Assembly: GCA_963842525.1 (NCBI GenBank) | Contig: CAWJGT010000009.1 | Location: forward strand, 1,184,001 to 1,248,000 | Reading direction: 5' to 3' | Length of the DNA stretch: 64,000 nt | Source of the DNA: an uncultured Holophagales bacterium | Lineage (GTDB): Bacteria; Acidobacteriota; Thermoanaerobaculia; Multivoradales; UBA5704 | In this document: in pieces, positions 9,201 through 33,700 of the stretch | How the letters are laid out: every line of letters begins with the position of its first letter | Numbering within the stretch: the stretch's first letter is position 1 | The notes under the pieces: generated by a model | What the model was told of the DNA's origin: nothing | Seen by the model: only the letters and a program-made list of their open reading frames with translations | Databases searched by the model: none | Program-made: the position numbers and the translations under genes

Positions 9201-12200
9201 GTCGAGGGGGTGCGCCCGCACCGCGACCGCAGCGTCCACCCGCTGTTCCAGGTGATGCTGAGCTTCCACGATTCGGCCATGCCGGAGCTGGACCTGCCGG
9301 GCGTCGAGGCGACGGTCGAGGGGCTGATTGCCAACGGCTCGGCCAAGTTCAACCTCAACGTGATCATGATCCCGCGGGCGGACCAGGCCCGCTCCTGGCA
9401 AGGCGGGGAGCGGCCGGAGTGGATCACGGTGGGCTGGGAATACAGCGCCGACCTCTTCGATCCGCCGACCATCGAGCGCATGACCGGCCACTTCCGCAAC
9501 CTGCTGGCAGCGGCGGTGGCGGACCCTGGACAGCGGCTCTCCGAGCTGTCGCTCCTGGGCGAGGCCGAGCGCCATCAACTGCTGGCTGAATGGCGAGAGA
9601 CCGAGGCTTTCCCCGGCGGCGCCCGTCTGGACGAGCTGTTCGCGCACAAGGCGGCCGGGACGCCGGACGCGGTGGCCGTGATCTGCGGACACGAGGCGCT
9701 GAGCTATGGCGAGCTTGCGCGCCGGGCTCGCGCGTTGGCCGCGGATCTCCGGTCGCTGGGGGTCGGCCCCGAGGTGCGGGTCGCCCTCTTCCTGGACCGC
9801 TCGTTGGAGATGGTGATGGCGGTTGTGGGCGTCCTCGCGGCTGGCGGTGCCTATGTGCCGCTCGATCCTGCGCTGCCGGCCGGGCGGCTTGCCTGGCTGC
9901 TCGCGGATGCGGCTCCGGCGGTGGTGGTTACCCGCGCTGACCTTGTGGATCGGCTGCCGGAGGTGCGGCCGGCGGTGGTGCTGGTGGCGGAGACCTCACC
10001 CCCTGTCCCCCTCTCCCATCTCCCTTCCACCCCCCGCCGGGAGAGGGGGAACGCATCCGGAGCCGCTATGACGGACCTCGCCAAACCGCCCCAGCCACGT
10101 TCCCCCTCTCCCGGGGATTGGGAGGGTGGTAGATGGGAGAGGGGGCCAGGGGGTGAGGACTCCGCCGCCTACGTCATCTACACCTCCGGCTCCACCGGCA
10201 CCCCCAAGGGAGTGGTGGTGTCCCACGACAACGTCGTGCGGCTGTTCGAGGCGTCCCAGGAGCGGTTCGGCTTCGGTACGGCCGATGTCTGGACCCTCTT
10301 CCACTCCTATGCTTTCGACTTTTCGGTGTGGGAGATCTGGGGAGCGCTCCTCTATGGCGGCCGTCTGGTGATTGTCCCGGAGCTGGCGAGCCGCTCTCCT
10401 GAGGAGCTGCTGCGGCTGCTGCGTGACGGAAGGCGTCACGGTCCTCAACCAGACGCCGTCGGCCTTCCGGCAGCTCGCCCGGGCGCGCGAGCTGGAGGAT
10501 GCGGGTGCAGCCGCCGCTCGCCCTGCGCTGGATCGTCTTCGGCGGCGAGGCGCTCGACGCGCGCACCCTGGCGCCCTGGCTGCGGGCCACGGGGCGGATC
10601 AGTCGGCCCTCGTCAACATGTACGGCATCACCGAGACCACGGTCCATGTCACCTGGCGGCGGATCGGGCCCGAAGACTTGATCGACGCCACTGGGAGCGC
10701 CGTCGGCCGTCCTCTCGCCGACCTGGAGGTGCTGCTCCTCGACCGGCAGGGAAAGCCGGTGCCGGTCGGCGTGCCGGGCGAGATCCACGTTGGCGGCGCC
10801 GGGCTCTCTCGCGGCTACCTGGGCCGGCCCGCGCTGACCGCCGAGCGGTTCGTGCCGCACCCCTGGTCGGCCGTGCCTGGGGCGCGCCTCTACCGCTCGG
10901 GCGACCTGGCGCGCTGGCGGCCCGACACCGACCTGGAGCACCGGGGCCGCATCGACCACCAGGTCAAGGTCCGCGGATTCCGCATCGAGCCGGGGGAAGT
11001 GGAGGCGGCGCTCGCGGCGCACCCCGCAGTCGCGGCGAGCGCCGTGGTGGCGCGCCCCGACGCAGCCGGCGATCACCGGCTCACGGCCTACTGTGGTGCC
11101 GGCCGGCGACGCGGCCCTGGTCGTTGCGGACCTTCGTGCCTTCCTGAAGGAGCGGCTGCCGGAGCACATGGTGCCTTCGGCCTTCGTCTCCCTAGATGCC
11201 CTGCCCTTGAACGCCAACGGCAAGCTGGACCGCGCCGTGCTGCCGGCACCGGACGGTGAACGTGCAGCACGGGAGATCCCCATGGCGCCGCGCACGTCCC
11301 TGGAGGAACGGCTGGCCGCGATCTGGGCCGAGGTGCTGGAGGTCGGGACCGTGGGCGCGCAGGACGACTTCTTCGAGCTGGGCGGGTATTCGCTCCTGGC
11401 CGTCCGCCTGCTGCACCGGGTGCGCGAGGAGCTTGGGGTCGAGGTCCCCCTCGGCCGGCTGTTCGATGACCCTACCGTGGCCGGCTTGGCCGCGGCCCTG
11501 GCCGAAGCGAGGCCGGTTGATCCCGGTACCGCCGGGGGAGGGGAAGCGTTCCCGCTCTCCTTTGCCCAGCGCCGCCTCTGGTTCCTCGACCAGCTTCAGC
11601 CCGGCCTGCCGGTCTACAACGTTGCACGGGCGGTGGGAGCTGCGGGAGTGCTGGATCCCGCGATGCTGGCCGCGGCGCTGGCCGAGATCGTCCGCCGCCA
11701 CCAGGTGCTGCGCACCGTCTTCTCGGCCGAGGGAGGAGCGGACGGCGAGCCCCTCCAGGTGGTGCTCCCTCCCCGGACGCCCGAGCTGCCGCAGGTCGAC
11801 CTGACGGCGCTTCCGGCTGGCGCGCGGCAGGCCGAGGAACGGCGCCTGGCCGCCACCGAGGCGGCGCGGCCCTTCGACCTTGCCCGCGGGCCGTTGTTGC
11901 GGACGGCGCTGGTACGCCTCGGCGCGGCGGATCACGTCCTTCTCCTCACCCTCCACCACGTGGTGGCCGATGCCTGGTCCATGACGATCCTCTTCCGCGA
12001 GTTGGGCGAGCTGATCACAGCCTTTGCGGCCGGCCGCCCGTCCCCGTTGCCGCCGCTGCCGGCCCAGTACGGCGACTTTGCCCGCGTCCAGCGCGAGCGG
12101 CTGGCCGGGGAGGCGCTTCAGGCCCAGCTCTCTTGGTGGCGCGCCCGCCTGGCCGGCGCTCCCGCACTGTTGGAGCTGCCCGCGGACCGGCCGCGGCCGG

Positions 12201-14752
12201 CGGTGCCGAGCGGGCGCGGCGGCACGGTGGCCTTCACCCTGCCGGACGGCATTGCCGGACGCCTGCGGGAGCTCGGCCGCTCGTCCCGGGCCAGCCTCTT
12301 CATGACCCTCCTGGCCGCCTATCAGGCGCTGCTCGCCCGCTTCACCGGCGCCGTGGACCTGGTGGCCGGGACCCCGGTGGCCAACCGCGAGCGCCCCGAG
12401 TGGGCGGACCTCATCGGCTTCTTCCTGAACACCCTGGCGCTGCGCGGCGACCTGTCCGGAGACCCGTCCTTCGGCGAGCTGTTGCGGCGGGTGCGGGATG
12501 GCGCGCTCGCCGCCTATGCCCATGCCGAGGTCCCGTTCGAGCGCTTGGTCGAGGAGCTGCAGCCGGAGCGCACGGCGGGCCACGAGCCGCTGTTCCAGAC
12601 GATGTTCATCCTGGACAGCACACCGCAGCGCCCGCTGGTCTTGCCCGGGCTCACCCTGACCCCCCGGGCTGTGCACAGCGGAACCGCCAAATTCGATCTG
12701 ATGCTGACGGTCGAGGACGCCGGTGAGGAGCTGCGCGGCCACGCCGAATATGCCCGTGACCTGTTCGAGGCGGCCACGGTGGAGCGGCTCGTGGGACACT
12801 GGCAGACCCTCCTCACGGCCATGGTCGAGTGTCCGGACCAGCGCCTCTCGGAGCTGCCGCTCCTCACCCATGAGGAGAGGCAACAGCTCCTGGTGGAATG
12901 GGGGACCGGGCCGAGACGCACCTGAAGGCGCCGGAGACGTCGTCTCCTGGTTCGAGGCGCAGGCGGCGCGGCAGCCGTTCGTTTCCGCTGTGATCGACGG
13001 CGACGAGCGCCTGAGTTATGCCGAGCTCGACCGCCGGTCCGGCCGCCTGGCCCGCCGCCTGCGCGAGTTGGGGGTGAGGACGGAGTCGCGGGTGGCCCTG
13101 CGCCTCGGGCGCGGCGTCGAGATGCCGGTGGCGGTGCTCGCCGTGCTCAAGGCGGGCGGCGTCTGTGTCCCCCTCGACCCGGCCTATCCGCCGGAGCGGA
13201 TTGCCCTGATGTTGGAGGATGCGCGGGCCGTGGCAGTGCTGACCCGTCGTGAGATGGAAGCGGAGGCGGCGGGGGGGATGCTTTCTCCATCCCCGGCCCG
13301 GCCAGCGGGGAGCCTGCTCTACGTCATCTACACCTCCGGCTCGACCGGCCGCCCCAAGGGGGTGGCGATGACCCACGATGCCATCGCCAACCTGGTCGCC
13401 TGGCAGCTCCGCGACCAGCCCTCAGGCCCGCCGGTGACCCTCCAGTTCGCCGCCCTCTCCTTCGACGTCTCGTTCCAGGAGATGTTTACTACCTGGTGCG
13501 CGGGCGGCACGCTGGTGCTCGTGCCCGAGGAGCTGCGCCGCGATGCGCCGGGCCTCCTCGACCGGGTGGCGGCCGCGGGCGTCGAGCGCCTGTTCCTGCC
13601 GGTGGCCGCCCTGGAGCAGCTTGCCGAGGCCGCGGCGGAGCGGGAGAGCCTGCCAGCGGGCCTGGCCCGGAGGCTGCGCGAGGTCATCACCGCTGGCGAG
13701 CAGCTCCGGGTCACGCCGCAGGTGGCGGCCTTCTTCGAGCGGCTGCCGGGCTGCGCCCTGGTCAACCACTATGGGCCGTCCGAGACCCATGTGGTCACCT
13801 CGCTGCGGCTCGACGGCCCGCCCGCGAGCTGGCCGGCCCTGCCGGCGATCGGCCGGCCGATCGACAACGCGCGGACCGTGGTCCTCGACGCCGCCCTCGG
13901 CCCGGTGCCGCCGGGCGTGGCCGGCGAGCTGTACCTCGGCGGCCGGGCCGTGGGCCGCGGCTACCTCGACCGCCCGGATGCCACGGCGGAGCGGTTCCTG
14001 CCCGATCCGTTCGCGGAAGAGCCCGGGGCGCGCCTCTACCGCAGCGGCGACCGTGCACGGATGCACGCCGGTGGGATCGTCGAGCACCTGGGCCGCACCG
14101 ACGACCAAGTAAAGCTGCGCGGGTTCCGCATCGAGCCCGGCGAGATCGAGGCCGCACTGGGGGCCCATCCCGCGGTGCGGGAAGCGGCCGTGGCGCTGCG
14201 CGACGGGCCGGAGCCAGGCTCGCGCCGGCTGGTGGCCTGGGTCGTGCCGCGCGAGGTGGCCGGGGACCTGGTGCCGGCGCTGCGAGTCCATCTCGCGGCC
14301 CGGCTGCCGGCCTGGATGGTCCCGAGCGCCTTCGAGATCCTGAACGCGCTGCCCCTGACCCCGAGCGGCAAGGTCGACCGCCGCGCCCTGCCTGCGCCGG
14401 GCGGCTCCGGTCCCTCGGCTCCCGCCCGGCCGCCGTGCACGCCGGTCGAGCGGGCGCTGGCGGCGATCTGGTGCGAGGTTCTGGGGCTCCCGGAGGTGGG
14501 AGCCGTAGGGATCAACGACGATTTCTTTGCCCTGGGCGGGCACTCGCTGCTCGCTACGCGGGTGCTCTCCCGGCTGCGCCGCTCCCTCGGGGTCGATCTG
14601 CCGCTCGCCGAGATGTTCTCCGGGCCGACGATCGCCCATCTGGCCGCGGCCGTGGAGCGGGCTCGCAGCGGTGCTCCATCCGGGCGGCCCTCGAAGATCA
14701 CCGCGCTGTCGCGCCAGGAACGGCGCCTGGTTCCGGTCCCGGAGGAGCCTGC

Positions 14753-14756
<4 letters not shown>
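6298..14756 (+). CDS. NRPS 1: A-T-C(ureido-type)-A-T-C-A-T, reconstructed across about 7 frameshifts
   Basis: Three YTSGSTG/YGxTE A domains, T domains GGHS/GGYS/GGHS, C motifs EHHLVHDG and HHVVADA. Stitched from ORFs 6298-7494, 7223-8170, 7725-11147, 10372-11259, 10499-10681, 11093-12925 and 12723-14756. Hand-read specificity codes: DLESTGAITK (basic?), DFWNVGMVHK (Thr), DVQFIAHVVK (Pro). Confidence 0.9.
9994..10158. repeat. Palindromic CCTCACCCC...GGGGTGAGG element, in frame inside A domain 2
   Basis: Nested inverted repeats over 165 bp. Adds a Pro/Gly-rich stretch just before AYVIYTSG. Confidence 0.85.
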
Positions 14757-27771
<13,015 letters not shown>

Positions 27772-27779
<8 letters not shown>

Positions 27780-30700
27780 GCAGACCCCTGGGGACCGTCT
27801 GGCCGGGCTCTCGCCCGAGCAGCGGGCTCGCCTCGTCGAAGCCCTGCGCCGCGAGCGCTTGCAGAAAGGCGGCTCAGCGATCCCGCCGCGGCCCGCGGGT
27901 CATCCGCCGCTGTCGTTGCCGCAGCAGCGCCTCTGGTTCCTGGAGAGGCTGGCGCCCGGCACCTGGACCAGCCATGTGGCGGTCGCGTGGCGCCTCGCCG
28001 GCCCTCTCGACGTCGCCGCCCTGGCGCGCGGTCTGAACGAGATCGAGAGCCGCCACGAAGCGCTGCGCACGACGTTCCACCTGGTGGACGAGCGCGCTGT
28101 CCAGATCGTTGCCCCGCCGCAGTCTCTCCCCCTGCCACGGATCGATCTCGACGGCCTCCCCTCGGCGCGACGGGAGGAGGAGGCCCGACGCCTGGCCGAC
28201 CGCGAGGCGCTCCGCGTTTTCGACCTCGCCCGTGGGCCGCTGTGGCGTCCTCTGGTCCTGCGGTTGGACGCGCACGAGCACGTCCTGCTGCTGACCTTCC
28301 ATCACCTGGTCTCCGACGGCTGGTCGATCGGGGTTCTGCTCTCCGAGCTGGCGGCGCTGTACGGCGCGTTCACCGCAGGCCGCCCTTCGCCGCTGCCGGA
28401 GCTGCCGATCCACTACGGCGACTTCGCCGCCTGGCAGCAGGGGCGGTGGGAGCGCGGCGACTTCGAGCCGCAGCTCGACGACTGGATCGAGCGGCTTGCC
28501 GGCTGTCCGCCCGTGCTTGCGCTTCCCACAGACCGGCCGCGCCCGCCGGTGCAGACGCAGCGCGCCGGCCTGATCTCCGTCTCGTTCCCTGCCGATCCCT
28601 GGCAGCGCTGCGAGGCGCTGGGCCGCAGGCTGGGCGCCACTCCCTTCATGGTCTGCCTGGCGGCGTATGCGGCCGTCCTTGGCCAGGTCAGCGGGCAGGA
28701 CGACCTGGCCGTGGGATCGCCGGTAGGCAGCCGGCAGCCGGCGGAGACCGAAAAGCTCATCGGTCTCTTCGTCAACACCCTGGTGCTGCGGGTGGACCTC
28801 AAGGGCGACCCGTCGTTCGCGGAGCTGCTGCGCCGTGTGCGCGCCGCGGTGCTCGCCGCCCAGGCGCATGGCGAGGTGCCTTTCGAAAAGCTGGTCGAGA
28901 CGTTGCGTCCACCGCGCGATCTCGCCTACGCGCCGCTCGTCCAGGTGATGCTCGCCTTCGAGGAGTCGGCGGGGGAGCGGCCGGCCCTCGCCGGCCTCAG
29001 TGCCGAGACCTTCCCCCTCGGCGCCGCGGTGGCGTTGTTCGACGTCACGCTGGGCCTGATCGCCATGGACGGAGGGCTCAAGGGGTGGTGGGACTACAAC
29101 GCCGACCTGTTCGATGCCGCCACCATCGAGCGCTGGGCGGCCGCCTGGGAGCGGCTGCTCCTTGCCGCGGCCGACGAGCCGGACCGCCGCCTCTCGGATC
29201 TGCCGTTCCTCTCCGCGGCCGAGCGGCGCCAGGCCGCGGACCGCCGGCCGCTGTCTGCGCTCACTGGAGCTTCGCCTGATGCAGTGGGAGCCGCGCTGCC
29301 GCCCCGCGACGACATCGAGCGCTCGATCGCGGCGATCTGGTGCGACGTGCTCGGCCGCGAAAAGGTAGGGATCGACGAGAGCTTCTTCGACGTTGGAGGC
29401 CATTCGCTGCTGCTGGTGCGGGTGCACGCCCGGCTCGTCGAGCAGTTCCCCGAGCTGGTCATGGTCGACCTCTTCAAGCACCCCACGGTGCGGCGCCTGG
29501 CGAGCTGCCTGCGCGCCGAGCCGGATGCGCCTGTGGCCCTTGTCGCGAAGACGCCGCCACCCCACGCCAAGGGGAGCGCCGTTGCCGTCATCGGTCTGGC
29601 CGGCCGTTTCCCCGGCGCTGGCGATATCGAGGCTTTCTGGCGCAACCTGAGCGGCGGCGTCGAGTCCATCTCGTTCTTCACCGCAGAGGAGCTCCTCGCC
29701 GAAGGGGTGAGCCCCGCCCTGGTCGCCGATCCTGGCTACGTGCGGGCCAACGGCGTGCTCGACGGAGCCGACCTGTTCGACGCGGATTTCTTCGGGATCG
29801 CGCCGCGCGAGGCGGAGGTGATGGACCCGCAACACCGTCTGCTGCTGGAGATCGCCTGGGAAGCCCTGGAGGACGCCGGCCGCGATCCAGCCCGCGCGGA
29901 CGGCCGCGTCGGCGTCTTTGCGGGGATCTCCGAGAGCAGCTACCTGCGCGTCCACGCGTCCGGCTCCGAGGCCGTGGCGTCCGTGGGTCCCTTCCAGGCG
30001 TCGATCGCCAACAGCGAGGCTTTCGCGGTCACCCGCGTCTCCTACAAGCTCGATCTGCGCGGTCCGAGCCTGCACGTGCAGACCGCCTGCTCGACCTCTC
30101 TGGTGGCGGTCCACCTCGCCTGCCGCAGCCTCCTGGCGGGCGAGTGCGACGTGGCGCTGGCCGGCGGCGCCGGCATCCTGTTCCCACAGCGCATCGGCTA
30201 TCGCTACCAGGAGCGCGGCATCGCGTCTCCGGACGGGCACTGCCGCGCCTTCGACGTCCGCGCCGCCGGGACCATCGGCGGCAACGGCGGCGGGCTCGTG
30301 GTCCTGAAGCGTCTCGCCGACGCCGTGGCGGATGGCGACCGCATCCGGGCGGTGATCCGCGGCACGGCCATCAACAACGACGGCGCCGGCAAGGTCGGCT
30401 TCACGGCGCCCGCCGTCGACGGCCAAGCCGAGGTGATCGCCGCGGCTCTGGCTGCCGCGGGCGCCGGCCCCGAGACGATCGGCCTGATCGAGGCCCACGG
30501 AAGCGGCACGCCGCTCGGCGACCCGATCGAGGTCGCGGCGCTCCACCAGGTCTTCGGCGTGGGTGCGGGCCCAGGCTCCTGCGCCCTTGGCTCGGTCAAG
30601 ACCAACATCGGCCACCTGGATGCCGCGGCCGGTGCCGCCGGGCTGATCAAGGCTGTGCTGGCGGTGGAGCGGGGCGTACGCCCGCCGAGCCTCCATTTCG

Positions 30701-33700
30701 AGAGCCCCAACCCGGCGATCGACTTTGCGGCCGGCCCTTTCTTCGTGCCGAAGGAGGCGACGCCCTGGCCGGCGGGTCCCGGTCCGCGCCGCGCCGGCGT
30801 CAGCTCGTTCGGTATGGGCGGGACCAACGCCCACGCAGTCATCGAAGAGGCGCCTCCGCAACCTCCTCAGCCCTCGCCACGCCCCTGGCAGCTCCTGGTG
30901 CTCTCGGCGCGCAGCGCCGCCGCCCTGGACGCGGCCACGGACCGGCTGGCGCAACACCTCGCGGCGCATCCGGACGTCGATCCGGCCGACGTCGCCTGGA
31001 CGCTCCAGACCGGCCGTAGAGCCTTCGCCCACCGCCGCATCCTGGTGGGCCGCGACGTGCCGGATCTGGCCGCGGCACTGGTCCCCCTCGACGCGGCCCG
31101 TGCGGTGACCGCCGTGGCCACGGAGACGGGGAAGCCCGTGGCGCTTCTGTTCCCCGGCCTGGGAGACGTGCGGCCGGGCATGTTCGGCGACCTCTGGCGC
31201 ACGGAGGCCGGTTTCCGCGCGGAGGTCGAGCGCTGTGTGGCGTTTCTTCCTGATGCGCTCGGGGAGCGCATTCGGGAGCTTTTCGCTGGAGAGGCCAAAC
31301 CAGGGACCGGGCTCGACCTGCGGCGGCTGGTCCGTCCCGGTGCGACGCAGGATGGCGACTGGTGGAGCCGCACCGAGGTGGCGCAGCCGGCGCTCTTCAT
31401 CGCCGAATACGCCCTGGCCCGGCTGTGGATGGATTGGGGCGTACCGGTGGCGGCGCTCCTCGGCTACAGCTTGGGCGAGTACGTGGCCGCCTGCCTGGCC
31501 GGAGTGCTGACCCTGGAGGAGGCGCTCCCCCTGGTGGTTGCGCGGGCGCGGCTTCTCGCCAGCTTGCCGGCCGGCGCCATGCTCGCCGTGCCGCTCTCCG
31601 AGGAGCGCACCCTGGCGCTGCCCGAGGTGGCCACGGGCGTGGTGGCCCTCGCCGCGATCAACGGCCCCGAGGTGTGCGTGCTCTCCGGCGATCCGGAAGC
31701 GATTACCGCCGTGGAGCACCGTCTGGCCGGCGAGGGGGTGCCCTGCCAGCGCCTCGCCGCCACCCAGGCGTTCCATGCGCCAGCCGTGGAAGCCGTCCGC
31801 GAGCCCCTCCTCGACCTGTTCCGCGCGGTGGACTGGAAAGCGCCCCGCATCCCCGTGCTCTCGGGTTTGACCGGCACCTGGCTCACTGCCGCGGAGGCAA
31901 CCAACCCGGAGCACTGGTACACCCAGACCCGCCGGACAGTGCGCCTAGGCGACAGCCTCGGAGAGCTGCTACGCGGTCCGGACTGCGTGTTGCTGGAGGT
32001 CGGGCCCGGGCAGGCGCTGTCGATCCTGGCCCGCCAGCACCCGGACCGCACGGCGGAGCGCCCGATCATCGCCTCCGCGCCGCACCGCCACGGCGGCGGG
32101 TCGGACGCCGCCTTCCTGCTCGAAGCCCTCGGCCGCCTCTGGCTCGCGGGCGTCGACGTGGATTGGAAGCGCTTCCATGCCGTCCAGCCGCGCCGCAAGG
32201 TCTCTTTGCCGACCTACCCCTTCGAGCGCCGGCGCTACTGGATCGACGTACGCCGCCCCGCGCCGCAGCCCGCCTCCCGGCCCGCGCTCGCCGACTGGTT
32301 CTACGCGCCTGCCTGGAAGCCGGCGCCGCGTCCTCGCACAGTCGAGACCGCCCCGCAGCGCTGGCTGGTGGTCGGGGACGTCGGCGGTCTGGGAGAGGCG
32401 CTCGCCGCGGAGCTGCGGCTGCGCGGGTACGAAGCCACAGTGCAGGCTGAGGGGTCGTCGCAGGCTGTCCTGCGGGAGCACCAGCCGGACGGCATTGCAT
32501 GGCTGTGCGAAACCGGATCCTGCGATCCTTCCCCGCATCCGGAGCAGGCCGAGTCCGCCTTGCTCGCCCTGTTCTCCCTGGTCCAGGCTCTGGGAGAGCA
32601 CCCCCTGGAGCTGGTCGTGGTGACGGCTGGTGCACAGGCGGTGACCGGCAGTGAGCGCCTGGCGCCCGAGCGGGCCGCTCTGGCCGCTGCGTGCCGGGTG
32701 ATCCCACGGGAGCACGCCCACGTGGCCTGCCGCAGCATCGACCTGCCGCTGGAGGAGAGCCCGTCCGCCAAACTCCTCGCCGACGAGCTCCTCGCCGGCC
32801 CGGCCGCCCCGGCCGTGGCCTGGCGCGGTGGACGCCGTTGGATCGAAGGCTTCGAGCAGGTCCGGTTGGAGCCTGCCGGAGCAGCCGATCTGCCACTCCG
32901 TGAGCGCGGCGTCTATCTCGTCACCGGCGGCCTGGGCGGCATCGGTCTGGCCCTCGCCGGATTCCTGGCACGGCAGGTCCGCGCCCGCCTCGTCCTCGTC
33001 GGCCGCACAGCGCCGCAGGATCATGCCTCGCGCCACATCACCTCGATGGAGGAGCTGGGAGCAGAGGTGCTGGCGCTGTCGGCCGATGTGGCAGACGCTG
33101 GCCGCATGCGGGAGGTGCTGGATACGGCGCGCCGACGCTTTGGCGAGATCGACGGCGTGATCCACTGTGCCGGTGTGCCCGGCGGCGGCCTGATCCAGCT
33201 CCGCACGCCCGACGCGGTGGCGAACGTCTTCGCGGCCAAGGTGCGCGGCGCGTTCGTCCTCGCCGAGCTGCTGTGCGGCCGTCGCCTCGATTTCCTGGCC
33301 CTCTGTTCATCGTTAACCGCGGTCCTCGGCGGCGTCGGACAAGCCGACTACTGCGCGGCCAATGCCGTGCTCGACGCCTTCGCGTCCTGGTACGCCGGGG
33401 AGACCGGCACACCGACCGTGTCGATCGGCTGGGACGCCTGGAAGGACACCGGCATGGCGCTCGCCGGGATGCCGGAGGACGAGGCCGCAGAGCTCCTCGC
33501 CGGAGAGCTGCGCGACAAGCTGGTCTCGGAGGAAGGGGTTGAGGCCTTCCGTCGCGTGCTGGCAGCCGGCCTGCCTCACGTCCTGGTCTCCACCGCGGAT
33601 CTCGACACCGCCTTGGCACGGGCGCAGGAGGTCGGCTTGGCGGAGGTGGCGGCGCAAGCCGGGCGGTCCACCCATCCGCGGCCGGCCCTCGCGCGTCCCT

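Noticed and set aside
13496-14752. N-terminal ~420 aa of the 2194-aa ORF
   Set aside because: It is an off-frame overlap of NRPS1. The real start is ATG at 14753, coupled to the NRPS1 stop.
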